Below the pieces are notes generated by a model. It searched no databases and was not told the DNA's origin. It saw only the letters and a program-made list of their open reading frames with translations. Positions 26,329 to 38,580 of a stretch of DNA of 64,000 nt are shown piece by piece; positions within the stretch are counted from its first letter, which is position 1; every line of letters begins with the position of its first letter. The position numbers and the translations under genes were made by a program. The stretch comes from Takakia lepidozioides (Eukaryota; Plantae; Bryophyta): positions 49,290,001 to 49,354,000 of the forward strand of contig CM060732.1 in NCBI GenBank assembly GCA_030704615.1, given 5' to 3'.

Positions 26329-29119
26329 TCAAGTACACAAGGGGCTCATTGCTTTTTTAAACGCAACATCATATGTAGATCCAGAGAAGCGGGAGGCCTG
26401 CAGTCTTGCTGCTTTGGCAATATGTATCCGCTCATCATCCACCATTGACAGTATACAGCACATAGCATCTGCAAACTCTGCAGCACTACTTAGCCAGAAA
26501 ACCTGTGCTTTCTCCTCCTTCCTTGACCACTATGTCCAGCTTGGGCCCTGCTGAATTATGAGCTGCAACCACAAGAAAGTGATACAAGATCTTAATTAAC
26601 CAGGAAGAATCCACTGTAGTCAAAATTTTGTTCTACTTGTAATTGATCACATTGAAACTGATATTATTTTAATTGCATCCATGGACTGGATGTGCGATTT
26701 TTACATGGAGAGGAGAGAGGAGAGTACTAACCAATAGGGACAGCCCCAGCAGCCATGTATTCCACCACACTGATGCCGAAGTGTTCGTCTGTCATAGTGT
26801 GAAGGCCAGCAACTGCACCCCCCCCAGCAATTCCACGAGCTCCCTGTTTGACATGCCGGTTGCAAGTTAAGGTCATGATGAGAATTTGCATGGCAATAAG
26901 CACAACTTTGAAAAAGATGATTGAAAGTTTGTTTGGTGACAAAAAGTAGGGTAGTGCACAAACCTATAGGGCACACTCAGGCAGAAGTCAACGTGCTGAT
27001 GTAAGCCTAATTCCTGGCACTGGAGTTTAAGATTTGCCACTCGCTCCTCATCTTCCTGATTTCTACAGCTGCCGCGCGACCAGCTTCAAGCGTGCCCCTT
27101 TGTGCTGCTCGGACAACTGCTCATTTGCCAGAGCAAATGCTTCTAGCTGCAACCCATGTGTCTGCAATCATTGTTTGTCAATTATAACCTCTGTACACCG
27201 TCCCCTGCCACATGTGCAATATGCCTTCACACTAGAAGTGCAACCAGCACAATACTAACAGTTGTGAATGCTGTCTTCAAAACAGATAAGAAAGATGTGA
27301 TGGATTACCCGAAGACTGCAATATAAAATGTGTGTGCTAGTTACTGCTCTGACTTTATTTTTTAAATGTCACAGCAAAATGTCTTGTACTGTAGAGCTAT
27401 AGGCCACAAAGCAAAATGGGAAAATGTGGAGAGAGATGGGACAGGCAGATACAACAAAGCTGAGGGGGAGAAAAGAATAGAAACGAAGGACAGGGTAAGT
27501 ACCTTCTCAGGCCGAAATTGAGCAACAGAGATGATGTAGGGGGGTTTTACTGACCGCTCCAGGGGAAGCGCCTGCTTGACAGAGGTTATGAAACAGTCAA
27601 CATCTCTGCAAGCCAATGCCCACAACCAAAATCACCTATACTCTGTCCTTCCTCTGAACTGCATACAGTATATAGGTCAGGTCTGTAATAAGCCAGAAAC
27701 CCTTGCTACCTACCACATTTGTCTGCATCTTCAAATCCGTAGCAAGTTACCTCGTCAAGTCATCACAGCTGAAGACCAAAGGTAAGGTGCAACAGCAAGC
27801 AAATTAAGCTGACCTGGCTAGTTGGAAAAATAGAAATGGGTCAAACTGATCACATATTTCTTGACTTCCATCTGAGCTCCCAAACAAAAAAAAACGGGGA
27901 AACAGGGGGATGGAGGGGGACCTGAAGGGTGAGAGTGTCACAAGGCGGGTAGACAAGAAAAATGTGATTTGGAATCTTCCAGAGCTGACTGATGTGTGTC
28001 TTTGTCCATGATGAATTAACCATGGCCAGATGCACACAGCAGCCTGCCAAACCATAGAGCCAGGCCATCATTCTGTAGTATGCTGCCTTCCCTGCTGTCA
28101 ACCAATAGCTGCACCTCCAATGACCAGTACTGAGATGCAGTTTTGATACACTTTCAAATCAAATCAGCAACTCATGTCCATTGTGCAATGGACTGTCATT
28201 CCCCTGCATATTGCATTCCTCCCTGACAGCCACTACAAAAGGACATACCTGGAGGCCTCAAAGTATGATAAAGTGAGGGGACTTTGTTCATTTGCAGCCT
28301 TAATCACGAGATTGCTCATCACAAGTAGGAATATACACCTGCCTGTGAGCAATGAAGGCGTCATTGTTGTAGAGAGAGGCCCGACTCCACACACGGTCTA
28401 GCATATCTGAGCTGATGGTGGGGTAGTGTGTGTAGCAAGCCACAAGGCAGCCTGCAGAGCGTGCCAGCACGTAGCCACTGGTGTCCACAAATAGCAACGG
28501 GGTCACAATACTGAGTGCCTCCCATGCCAGTACCATCGACCCCAAGCTCTGCCCTATCAATGTGGCGTGCGGGTAAGTGCTTGCCTCTACCAACTTTCTC
28601 CATTGTAATCTCACCACCTGCCACCCCAAACACATTGGATAGATATCATGGGGTTCGGTGTTTTGTCACTCAATGCATCCATTCTCTGTTGTCATAATAA
28701 AATCTCTGTTGACTGTTATCCTTGCAGACTTGCCCATCCTGTTCAGTGCTCTATTCTTAAAAGTGTATCGGTGGTCCCAGCATAGGCAGAGAGAAAGTGG
28801 AGGGAGGTGGAGGGTGGATAACAACCATTGGGGGTTTTATGAGCCGAACTCCAAATAGGTCCAAAGCACGGGCAGCCAACTCCTGGGATGTGGTAGGGTC
28901 ACCCGTGTAGATGACAACGTTCAGGTCGGGCAACATCTCCTGAGTGGCCCTCACAGCGCACCACAACACTTTCTCCCCTCCGCCCCCATCGTTGGTAAAA
29001 GGGTGAAAAAATCCCACCACTCTGTGCTTCCTCCTACTCCGCAAGCGCAAGAAGAGCGATGAAAGACCTAGTGCGACGATGATCAAAGCCCAGCAAATTA
29101 CAACCCAAGCCAGCATCAT
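26329..29119 (-). pseudogene. ALG11: GDP-Man:Man3GlcNAc2-PP-Dol alpha-1,2-mannosyltransferase (ALG11/LEW3-like), spliced, with frameshifts
   Basis: [81 protein letters not shown]. Frameshifts near 27075, 26818-26825 (C8 run) and 26491; apparent 4-codon deletion after DTSGY. Confidence 0.88.
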
Positions 29120-29717
29120 CTCGTCAAACCCGCCCTATCCCCCCAGTCTCCGGATATCACGTACAACAGTAACAAAAACCCTAGACTGTATAAACGCACA
29201 GACGAACGATCGCCCAGCCTGCGTTGCTTGCAACAAGCAACCCGACTGACACAGGGGCTACGATACAAATCCTGATCCCACACAAAACTGCATCGATGCT
29301 GATAATCCCACCAGATCCTCAATCCAGCTATACATCCGATCCTCGATCCAGAAAGACGTCCACAGATGTACAGAAATCCATGAATGGGATCCATTGATCA
29401 TGGAATCCCATTCATCATTGAATCATTGAATGGGATGTCATTCATGGATTGATGAATGTGCGGAATTCGATGTCTCGCGAATTGGATAGGATCGGATGGG
29501 ATGGGATGGAGTGAGGCGCCGTGTGTGAGCTCATGTCATGTTTGGCCCAGTTTGAAGGATGGTAGGTACACGAGCATGAGGGACCTCCCGACACCACGTG
29601 CTCGTTGTTGGTTGGTCCTGCTCAACCAAAGCACATCAGACCACCAAAAGTGGAGGGTGTGAAACAAGACGAGACCTCGGTAAGTGGAGTTCTCTTTCGA
29701 GACATCGAGGGGTGCCG

Positions 29718-30963
29718 TAGGGAATTCCAAAAAGGCCTTGATGTGAAATGCATCGCAATTCACTTGATCACCCCCTAAAAGTGCGCAATTCAATTGAACT
29801 AACCCTAATTTGCAATTCAATTGAATTGTCGGCACACGATTCAATTGAATTGCGAATTGGCAATTCAATTAATTGTTGACTGCAATTCAATTCAATTGTG
29901 AATTTGCAAATCAATTGAATTGCTGACTACAATTCAATTGAATTGTAATCTATAATTTTTAACTTATTTCTGTATATAATATATATATGTATATATTTAA
30001 ATTATACATATATACATACACAGGTATAAGCTAAAAATACATGTTGCCCGTCTATTCTTGCTGTCCGTCTGTCAATCCTTTGCCCGTGGTAAGGCTTGAG
30101 CCCGAGATAAGCCTAAGGGAGTCTAGCAAGAGAGAGAGAGAGAGAGGAAGTCACGTAGCGCTTGTAAAAGCGGGATTGTCTCTCTTTGTGGATGTTGGTG
30201 CCAATATATGGCTATGTACATATACCAAACATGATACCAATGTAAGAGTATCAACGTGTAAGAGTTTGATATATTAAACTTATATGGAACACACATCCCA
30301 ACTTCAACATGATACCTTTGTAAGGGTATCTCAATTTTTGATAATTCTCAAGATGAACATATTTTTTTGTTTTCTTTGTCCTGGGCCAGATACTAGTGTT
30401 AGGGGACTACATGGTGATGCACGGGAAGACTTTCATCAATTGTCAGGTTTGATTTTGTCTGTTTTTTTCGGAGCCAGCCATGTTTCTTTTGCCAGTGAAT
30501 CACAAGAAACTGCTGATCTGTCTCCAACTCTGGCTCTCCCTTTCTCGCTGAGGCTGAGGGTGGCTTCACAACTCCACAATTTCCTCAAGGGCACAAGAAA
30601 GAGGGCCAGCAAGAATAGACGGGCAACATGTATTTTTAGCTTATATTCTTATATGTGTATAAATATAATTTGAATATATACATGTATATGTATATTATAT
30701 ATTATATACAAAATAAGTTAAAAAATATAGATTACAATTCAATTGAATTGTAGTTAGCAATTCAATTCAATTGCCAACTAGCGATTCAATTGAATTGCGA
30801 GTTGACAATTCAATTGAATTGTTGACTGCAATTCAATTGAATCGTGTGCCGACAATTCAATTGAATTGCAAATTAGGGTTAGTTCAATTGAATTGCGCAC
30901 TTTTAGGGGGTGATCAAGTGAATTGCGATGCATTTCATATCAAGGCATTTTTGGAATTCCCTA
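29718..30963. mobile_element. Non-autonomous foldback/long-TIR DNA element (~350-bp TIRs built of AATTCAATTG repeats)
   Basis: TAGGGAATTCCAAAAA... / ...TTTTTGGAATTCCCTA; TIRs ~29718-30063 and 30607-30963. Flanks GGTGCCG / GGTGCTG give a possible 7-8 bp TSD with 1 mismatch; a TA TSD is an alternative reading. Confidence 0.85.
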
Positions 30964-32092
30964 GGTGCTGTGTATTTTTACTACCTAATAGCTTACCAAG
31001 GTTTGAACACCGGCATGTTTGAAATGTTGGGTATGTAATTTTGTAACCATCGGATGCTGACTAGTACTGGCATATCACGGCTGTCCATAATGGCGCCATT
31101 CATTGTTGTAGCGCGCCAGTAAGCAAGCGGGTATAGCCCAAGGTTTTTTTTGCTTTAAAAGGGATTCACGCTGCTCGGAGGCACTTGTGTTGTCACTTGT
31201 GTTGAGAGAGGAGGGTAGACAGCTTGGGATCTGATGTGTGCGTGATAGAGATTAGCTCGGGCAGCGAGAGCTCGCTGCTTGAGCGGGCCGATCGGATACA
31301 CGAGGGAGAGGGGCTGCTTGGTTGCTCTAGGCTGAAGCGAAGGAGCTGGTCAGAGCGATGTGGAGAAAGCTGGAATCCCCAATGGTTTTTGTCATGGTTT
31401 TCATCACGATTGCTCTAGGAGGAGCAAAACGCTTACATCAGAAACATGTGGTTCAGCCTCTCTGCCTTTGGTTGCACGGAGTACATGGTATGCTTCACCA
31501 CCTGATTAGATACCTGATTAAGTCCATGTGAGTCGTCGTGTTGTACCGCAGATGTTGATAACTTGTGCATCTGAAACTCACTAATCTTTGAAGTACAAGC
31601 TGCTACAGGCTTATCTAGAGATATGCATATTAATATGTACGTACAGCACTCGGCAAATTGATCATTGACAAAGAACTGATGGATAAGGGATCTGTGTGCA
31701 AGCTGCAAGTGCAATTACATGCAGACGGCTATGTGTCGTCGATGCATCCGTTTGATCACTTAGCCATGCAAAACAAGAGTCAAGCATCGCAGTATGGCAG
31801 CACGATAGTGCTAATGACTGCGCCAAGCCTTGGTGCAGCTCTCGTGATCAAGCGCGACCAACATCAAGTTGCTTCATTTGGTAACGTCGGCACGAACAAA
31901 TAGCGGACTGGCAATCCACGGGTAAGCTCGCATGACAATGACATATTACCGATAGGGCCAGAGAAGTCTTCAAGAACTATGACAATGAATTCTACGAACA
32001 TAGACTGATGTGAGGGCAATAAATTTAGAATTCAAGATGTATCTTTCGAGCAGCTTTCTGTACTGACTATGACATTTCATGTTGTGGTGAAT

Positions 32093-32825
32093 TGTAACAG
32101 CCTATTGCTCACAATGGTTCAATTCAATCGAGGCTATTTCTCACCCTGGCAAAGAAATTAGCCTTGGAGTTTTGTCACACACACGCGGACCAGCTTGCGA
32201 GGAGCGAGGGCAATTTTGATAGACCGGCTTGCGAGGAGTTGAGGACAATTTTGATTAGCCTCTAGTGACTCTTTAGAGATCACAACTCTACAAAAACATT
32301 TTGTAAAATTTTGTAAGGCTAGTTTCTATCTAGCTCGACAGCGGTAGTAAGTAGAACTTAGCTTGAGCTTACGTAGGAGGAGCAAGGTAGCACGGGAGAC
32401 CACTCGTCACTGGAGCTCGACGGATTAATGTACTCATGGTGTGTTCCCATGGAACCCGGGCGTCAAAACCCGCCATCTACATCGTCCAAGAGCCGGCACC
32501 TGAAGGTCCCGTCCAAGAGCCCAAGTTATGGAACTAGCATGGCATGTGTTCCCCTGGAACCGGGGCGCCCCTTGACCTAACAGTCCGACTGTGTCCAACA
32601 GCCTTATTCGGACGACATGGCGCGGGGCGTCAAAGCCTGCCCGTTCCTATCGTGTGGCTTCTTGGAGATGCGGGTCTCCGGGCCGTTGTCACCCCACCCT
32701 TTCTGCAGAGACAGGGAGGAGCAGCAAGGCTTGGAACTGGCGTTTGCGACCACACCATTTGATTGTTGTGAAACCATGAGTTGTGCTTGAGGATTGATAT
32801 TGAGAGAGTTAAATAGGCCTTTACA
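32093..32825. mobile_element. Possible solo LTR of an unrelated family
   Basis: TGTAACAGCCTATT ... AATAGGCCTTTACA (12/14 inverted match, TG..CA), internal short duplications. No matching TSD found. Confidence 0.35.
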
Positions 32826-34066
32826 TTGACATACAAGCATAAGTGAACCTAAGATGTCAAAATATTTTACATGCAGGAGGTCGATGAAAGAAAAAATTAA
32901 CGCTTGGGCAGCAAAATTATGTCCCAGGCGCTTTCCTAATTTTGGAGAAAGAGAAAGGGATCCGGACTGTATCTCCTTTGCTTTCTGAGAATGACCACAA
33001 ACCGTAAAAAGAGAGACGAGACAGATTCCAAAGTATCTAGATTTATGTTCTGGCATCAAGAAATCTTGCTCAGAGAATTGAAATGAAAGGAAGAAAGTTT
33101 ATAATGTCCTCAGGAAACTCAAAGAGCTTATGGTACAAAAGAATGTGGACCTCAGCGAGCGATAGAAGCGAGGCTCTCCAAGACAATCTTTGACAAGAAT
33201 GTTGTGCATCATCCTGCTATGCCCTGCAAAGGGATGTCTAACATGTCTTTGTCAGAAGACCACTCACAAGGAAGTGAATAAAAATACAAAAATCCAAGAG
33301 GGACGTGTACACATGGTGCATAAATCCTGCAGAAAACACAGAAGATACATATGTATACATTGTACATGTATGGACTGACACAAACAGACCGAGGAGCATA
33401 GAGAACCACGGCGTTTCAACCAAGTGAATCTTTCACGATGAATAACTAGTGTACAAGGGGGTTGCTATTCCATATGCACAGGTTGCGTGCATGCATGCAC
33501 AAAATCCCTTATTATATATGCATGTGACAAATTTGTATGCACACATTGTAGATTGTATGCAGTGGAGTTATATAACATAGAATACGACGTATTTATTGCA
33601 TATGCAAATGCTCCATCATATGTATATAGAAAAAAAATAAAAAATCTTAGCTAACAAAATCAGTAGTCAATGGTCAAAGATGCATGTGACCCCTAACTCC
33701 AACTAATGCACCACCTTAAACTGAAGAGAATACAAGATCCCTGGCCAAAGTAATAGTTTGCAAACTTGTATTCAAGGAAAACAGTTTCATATTAACCAAA
33801 ATATGGACTTTTGTACTAACAAATGCATATGTGTCATGTTTGGAACCACCACATTGCATGTCTGTTTGTAATGCCAAGCAGTTCTATAATTTGAAAACTT
33901 GTATGACAGATACACAAGTTCCATTTTAACCAAAATAGGAACTTCTGTACTAACAAATGTTATGTGTCATGTTTGGAATAAAGTAGTAATAAGATAATTA
34001 CATGTCACATGCATGAAAATGAACGGCACAAGTTAGAGGTTCTTTTTTTGTGCATTTCATGTGTCA

Positions 34067-37000
34067 CTAAGAAGTTGAACTAGGGTCCTTCTTTAGCATA
34101 GCCCTAACCTCTAACTGGCTAAGGGAAGGTTGGTGGATCTCATAAGCCCCGGCGCATCCTACATGCACGTTGTACATGAAGTACATGTGCTTACAAGGTA
34201 GATATGTTTGTTTTTTCTTCTTGACAGATAGCTCATCAAAGTCGAGACAATCACAAGATGGAAACTGACCAATGTATACATTGTAAACCAATCCTACTCT
34301 GGTAGATCCCTCTATTTGTAGCTGGTAAATTCTCCCATAACCTGGCTGAGGCACGTTTCTGAATCCACGAACCTCAGCAATAAGAGTCTTCGCTGACTCT
34401 TGGCGACTCAAGTGTCGAGGAGTCGGATCCCGACGCCGAATGCGCACCCCATAGCGTGTAGTGGGATACTTACCCATATGAAGGACAACACCTTGATGAA
34501 TATGTTGTTCCACTGGAAGTGGTCCCACAGGAAAGTTCGGATCAGGAACGTTGGGAGGATGGACTAGTCGAAAACCTGCAAGGGTCAAGTTGTCCACCTC
34601 TTCTTGTGTAAGGTTGGTTCCAACTTTCACAGGCCACACGTTAGGTATACCCGGTTTTCCCAAGCAATAGGATGGCACGGTCCCTCCAACACACGACAAA
34701 ACATCTGTGGGGAAAAACCAAAAAACTTGCAGTTTTGGTTCTTTCATGTTCGGTGCTAGTAACTTGTCAGTGAAGCAAGGTGCAGGACTTCCTTTACCTT
34801 TCCTGATGAGCGCTTTGCATTTATCCTTGGAAACTCCAACCAAGGCAAAACAACGAACCATGGAAGCATGACCTGTCCGCTGAATCCTGAACAATGCATC
34901 GGAAAAGTCTTGTGTCTCTCTCACTGGATTTCCTTATTGCATTGGCTGAGGAGGGATAGCAATATGTGGATTTGTCTCACAGAAAGTCGAAAAACCAGGA
35001 ATGTCATGACTTGATTTGGAGCTGACAAACCTAGATGGCTGGTGTGGACTGGGCATCCCAGTGGCGCGCATTGGAACGGTCTTTACATTCATATCACACC
35101 TCCAAGATTTGTTTGGCCCACCATGCTCATCGCCTAACTTGCGTTTGACTGGAACAGTGCGATTGTCTCCCTCCAATTGAACCCCCATTGTGTGCATGGG
35201 TGTTCCAGCTACTATGCCACGTACAACCTTACCCATTTTTGTTGGGCTATTAGATCTAGCTGCTTGACTCAACATGAGCTCCTCTTTGTCGGGCCCCGTC
35301 CCCCATGTCTTTCCTGTGGTGTGCCTGTAAAATGTTGTATGCTGCAAAAGAGCTTGTGACATGTTATGCATGGTGGCCTCATATAGATCCACCTTCATTT
35401 TTTTCGCATTGCCTGCTGTCTTCCACCAAGCAGAATGGACTGCCTCAGACAAATTAGTGGTAGGCATATCTGCATCTGCCTCCACATCCATGTCCTCTCT
35501 CATCCATTGGCCCCACATTCGATATCTGTAGTGCCACCATATAAGCCATAAATCCAGTTTTGGCAGACTCTTTTATGTGCATGCTCCTGAAGAGAGCCAC
35601 CAAGCCCGAATTGCAATGTATGTGGTTGTAGAATCCTCCAAGGTAGCACTATCTTTCCATTCATAACAGAGCTGAGTGTGCCTTTCACGGAAGTCCTCCA
35701 AGATATAGTCGTTGGTGTGTCTTCGGAGGCTTTCAGCCCAATGATATAAACATGTTCTTTCTTTACCTTCCATTGGGACATTGGGATCAGATCCATAAAC
35801 CCCTTGAACAACATCCCAATTCACTCCTGCTGCATCCGCCATGAAGCCAGCAAAATTTGGTTTGTTCAAGCCAACAAGTTTTGCTTGTTCATTGATCATC
35901 TCCTAGAATAACACTTGACTATCTGCATCCTCTATTTTCATATTGCAAATGGCAATGGTCATCATTCGCTTGACATATGGTTCATAGACATGACATGCAA
36001 GAGTTTTCCAATCCTTGATGCGTTTGACATGGTCAAATACTACCCAACTTGTGCGTAGATCCCCCTCACTCATGCGACGCACAAGATCAACACCACTCCC
36101 GGGACTAGCAACAGACATCTTGAAAACATGGGGGAGATGAGAAGTATGCTGGCCTGGAATGAGATTGCTGTGAATGAAATGGTATGTACTCAGATGCTTC
36201 AACTCCAATATGGACATGATGGAATTGACACGTGCAGATGCGACCTTGTTTTTCACATTGGGGCTACAAACATGGGCAAACTCTTCAAGAATATCTTCCA
36301 AAGCCTCTCCCTCAAGACGTACTGTCTCTGTGCCATCAGCCACAAGAACACGATCAATCAAGAGCTTCTGGGCCATTGACAAGGAAATAGCTCCCGGGGT
36401 TGACCATGGCTTCATCTTAACGTGCTCTTGAATCATGCTTGATGCATTTTCCGCAGCCTCTCTATTCTCGCCCTTGGCACATGGATGGTTATGAAACCCA
36501 ACGTGAACTTCAACACGTGTATATGTTAGAAGGGAACTTGTGACATAGTACATTCTTGCCCCACAATGCGCCTCACAGAAAGGTCTTTCTTTGCAGAAAC
36601 TACACTTGAACTGGTTGAATGGAACTTGGGCTCCTACAATGAACACCTTGTCTGCATTGCCTTCCCAATAGCGGTCATTCCGTTCTCCTTCTTTCTTAAA
36701 GAAGGGGCAAGTGCTACTTTGACATATGAGCTTTCCAACACAAAGAACCTTATTACATTTCACATGATCTGGAACACCAGACATATTGTAGGTATTGGTC
36801 TTGCACCAAGGATGACCATCAAACTTGCGGTCCATGCCTTGGAGGGACTGTGAACCACAGTCCGTACGTAGTTTGACCACGAGGGGGAGTTCGTGGATCA
36901 CTTTTCCATCAAAAGCTCGAGGAAGACACCGAACACGATGCACTAGAATGTGACTATAGTCCAAGGTAGAAAGCTCTCATTTTGATCCATTCCTCCGAGC

Positions 37001-37603
37001 AGTGGCCAAGATACTCAAAATGGACAACACACCAGAAGGAAATGCAGATGTAGCCTCCCTTGCTAGTCGTGGAGATGAAGATAAACCCCTCGCAGATTCG
37101 TAACAATCGGACGTGGTGTTGTCCAATGGAGTTTTCCGAGGCTTCATGTCGTGAAGCAAGACCATATGAGCAGATGAGGAAGGTTGAGAAATACACTCTT
37201 AGAAAACCTCAACACAATCCGAATTATGAGACCCCAAGCTCGCCAAATCTGCAACCTCCTCCTTCAATTTACAACTCCCATTTGTTGCAGCTTGATCGTT
37301 CTTTCTTGCAATAGAAGTGTGCATCTCATCATGTGACTGTGTATAGCTCGTACCTGTGACACGGTAATTGGAGAAAGTGTCTGGAAACAAATCCCATTGC
37401 TTTTGGCCATCATTGAAAACTGGAAGCAACATTGTGGAGGCATCATCATCTCCATCATCCTCCAAAAAAACTGAACCCGGAACAAGTTTGAATCTATTGC
37501 ATAACCAAGGTTCTGGGATAATGCATTTGTTTCCATTGCAAGGATAACGAACCACTTTTGCATCAGGTGGACATGAAAGCAATGCATATTTTGGTGTAGA
37601 CAT
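34067..37603 (-). pseudogene. MULE transposase (GCM-like Zn DNA-binding domain, DDE core, SWIM finger), interrupted by stops
   Basis: Successive ORFs: DGHPWCKT..C.GKLIC...C..CSFC..C..C..HVGFHNHP (WRKY/GCM1-type), WVVFD, FMADAA, CLYHW (CxxH), TTNLSEAVHS, SWIM CDC..CKH. Same-frame ORFs are separated by single TAG/TAA stops at 35903, 35573 and 34934. Confidence 0.82.
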
Positions 37604-38580
37604 TTGGCAATGCCCTCAAAGTTTGAGAGAAGATGCAAAATGAATGAAAGCGCACATCTTGCAAGACCTTATGCTCCATCCATATTATTCTCTGACAGAA
37701 ACAACTAAATGGACTATCCCCTATTTTTAAGACGACGGTGCCGTTGTTGAGATCTTAGAATCCAATGTACCGCCTTCTTATGAGCATATGAAACATAAAT
37801 GCTCTGCATGTTTCCATTTATTTTACAACCAATCGTTGATTAATCGTCCAACTATGAGCTGACACACTAGACGGCACAATTTATTTACAATCAAATCCCA
37901 TGACATGTATGTTGATTTGTTCTTTGATTACTCATGTATGAGTAATGAGTACAAGTATTTGTGGCGACAATTGACTCTTAAACCAATAAATTGATTAAGA
38001 CACCCATAACAAAATATTTAGTTACTTTATCACTTACTTTATATTGTATTATGAAGGCGCCGCCACATAGTAACATGTCAATCGTACAACCATCTTCTGA
38101 GGATCCACGTGTGACCCATGTAGTCCAAAAAACACTAACGCCAGAGTGTATAAAAAAGGTTCTCATTTCAGATTTGGCCAATTTGGCCTTAGCTAACCCT
38201 CGCCCCCTTTCCCCCCACTCTCCTTGGCGGGCACATGTTTGAACCTGCAACCTAGTGGGAAATACACCACAACCTTACCACCAAGCCATGCTCTATTCAA
38301 TGAAACAATCTCTACTTTTTTTGTTTATAAATTGTTTCTATTCAGTTAAACTTGTTGCCATTACTACATGACTAACCCGGTATCATTACTACACTAACGT
38401 AGTCTAGTATACTTGCACATTATCCCTTGCCACTCCCCCAAACAAACACACACAAACTACACAAGCACTTAACACGTCTCTAGTCTCTACACCCTGAAGA
38501 CTCCCGTTGCGAAGAGGAGACGGAGGCGCCGCATCTCGGCCTTATACTATACCACCCCGAGGCAACGAGCTGTTGCGGCG

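Noticed and set aside
29536-31022. Two ORFs sharing IQLNRVPTIQLNCKLG
   Set aside because: Opposite-strand translations of the two TIR arms.
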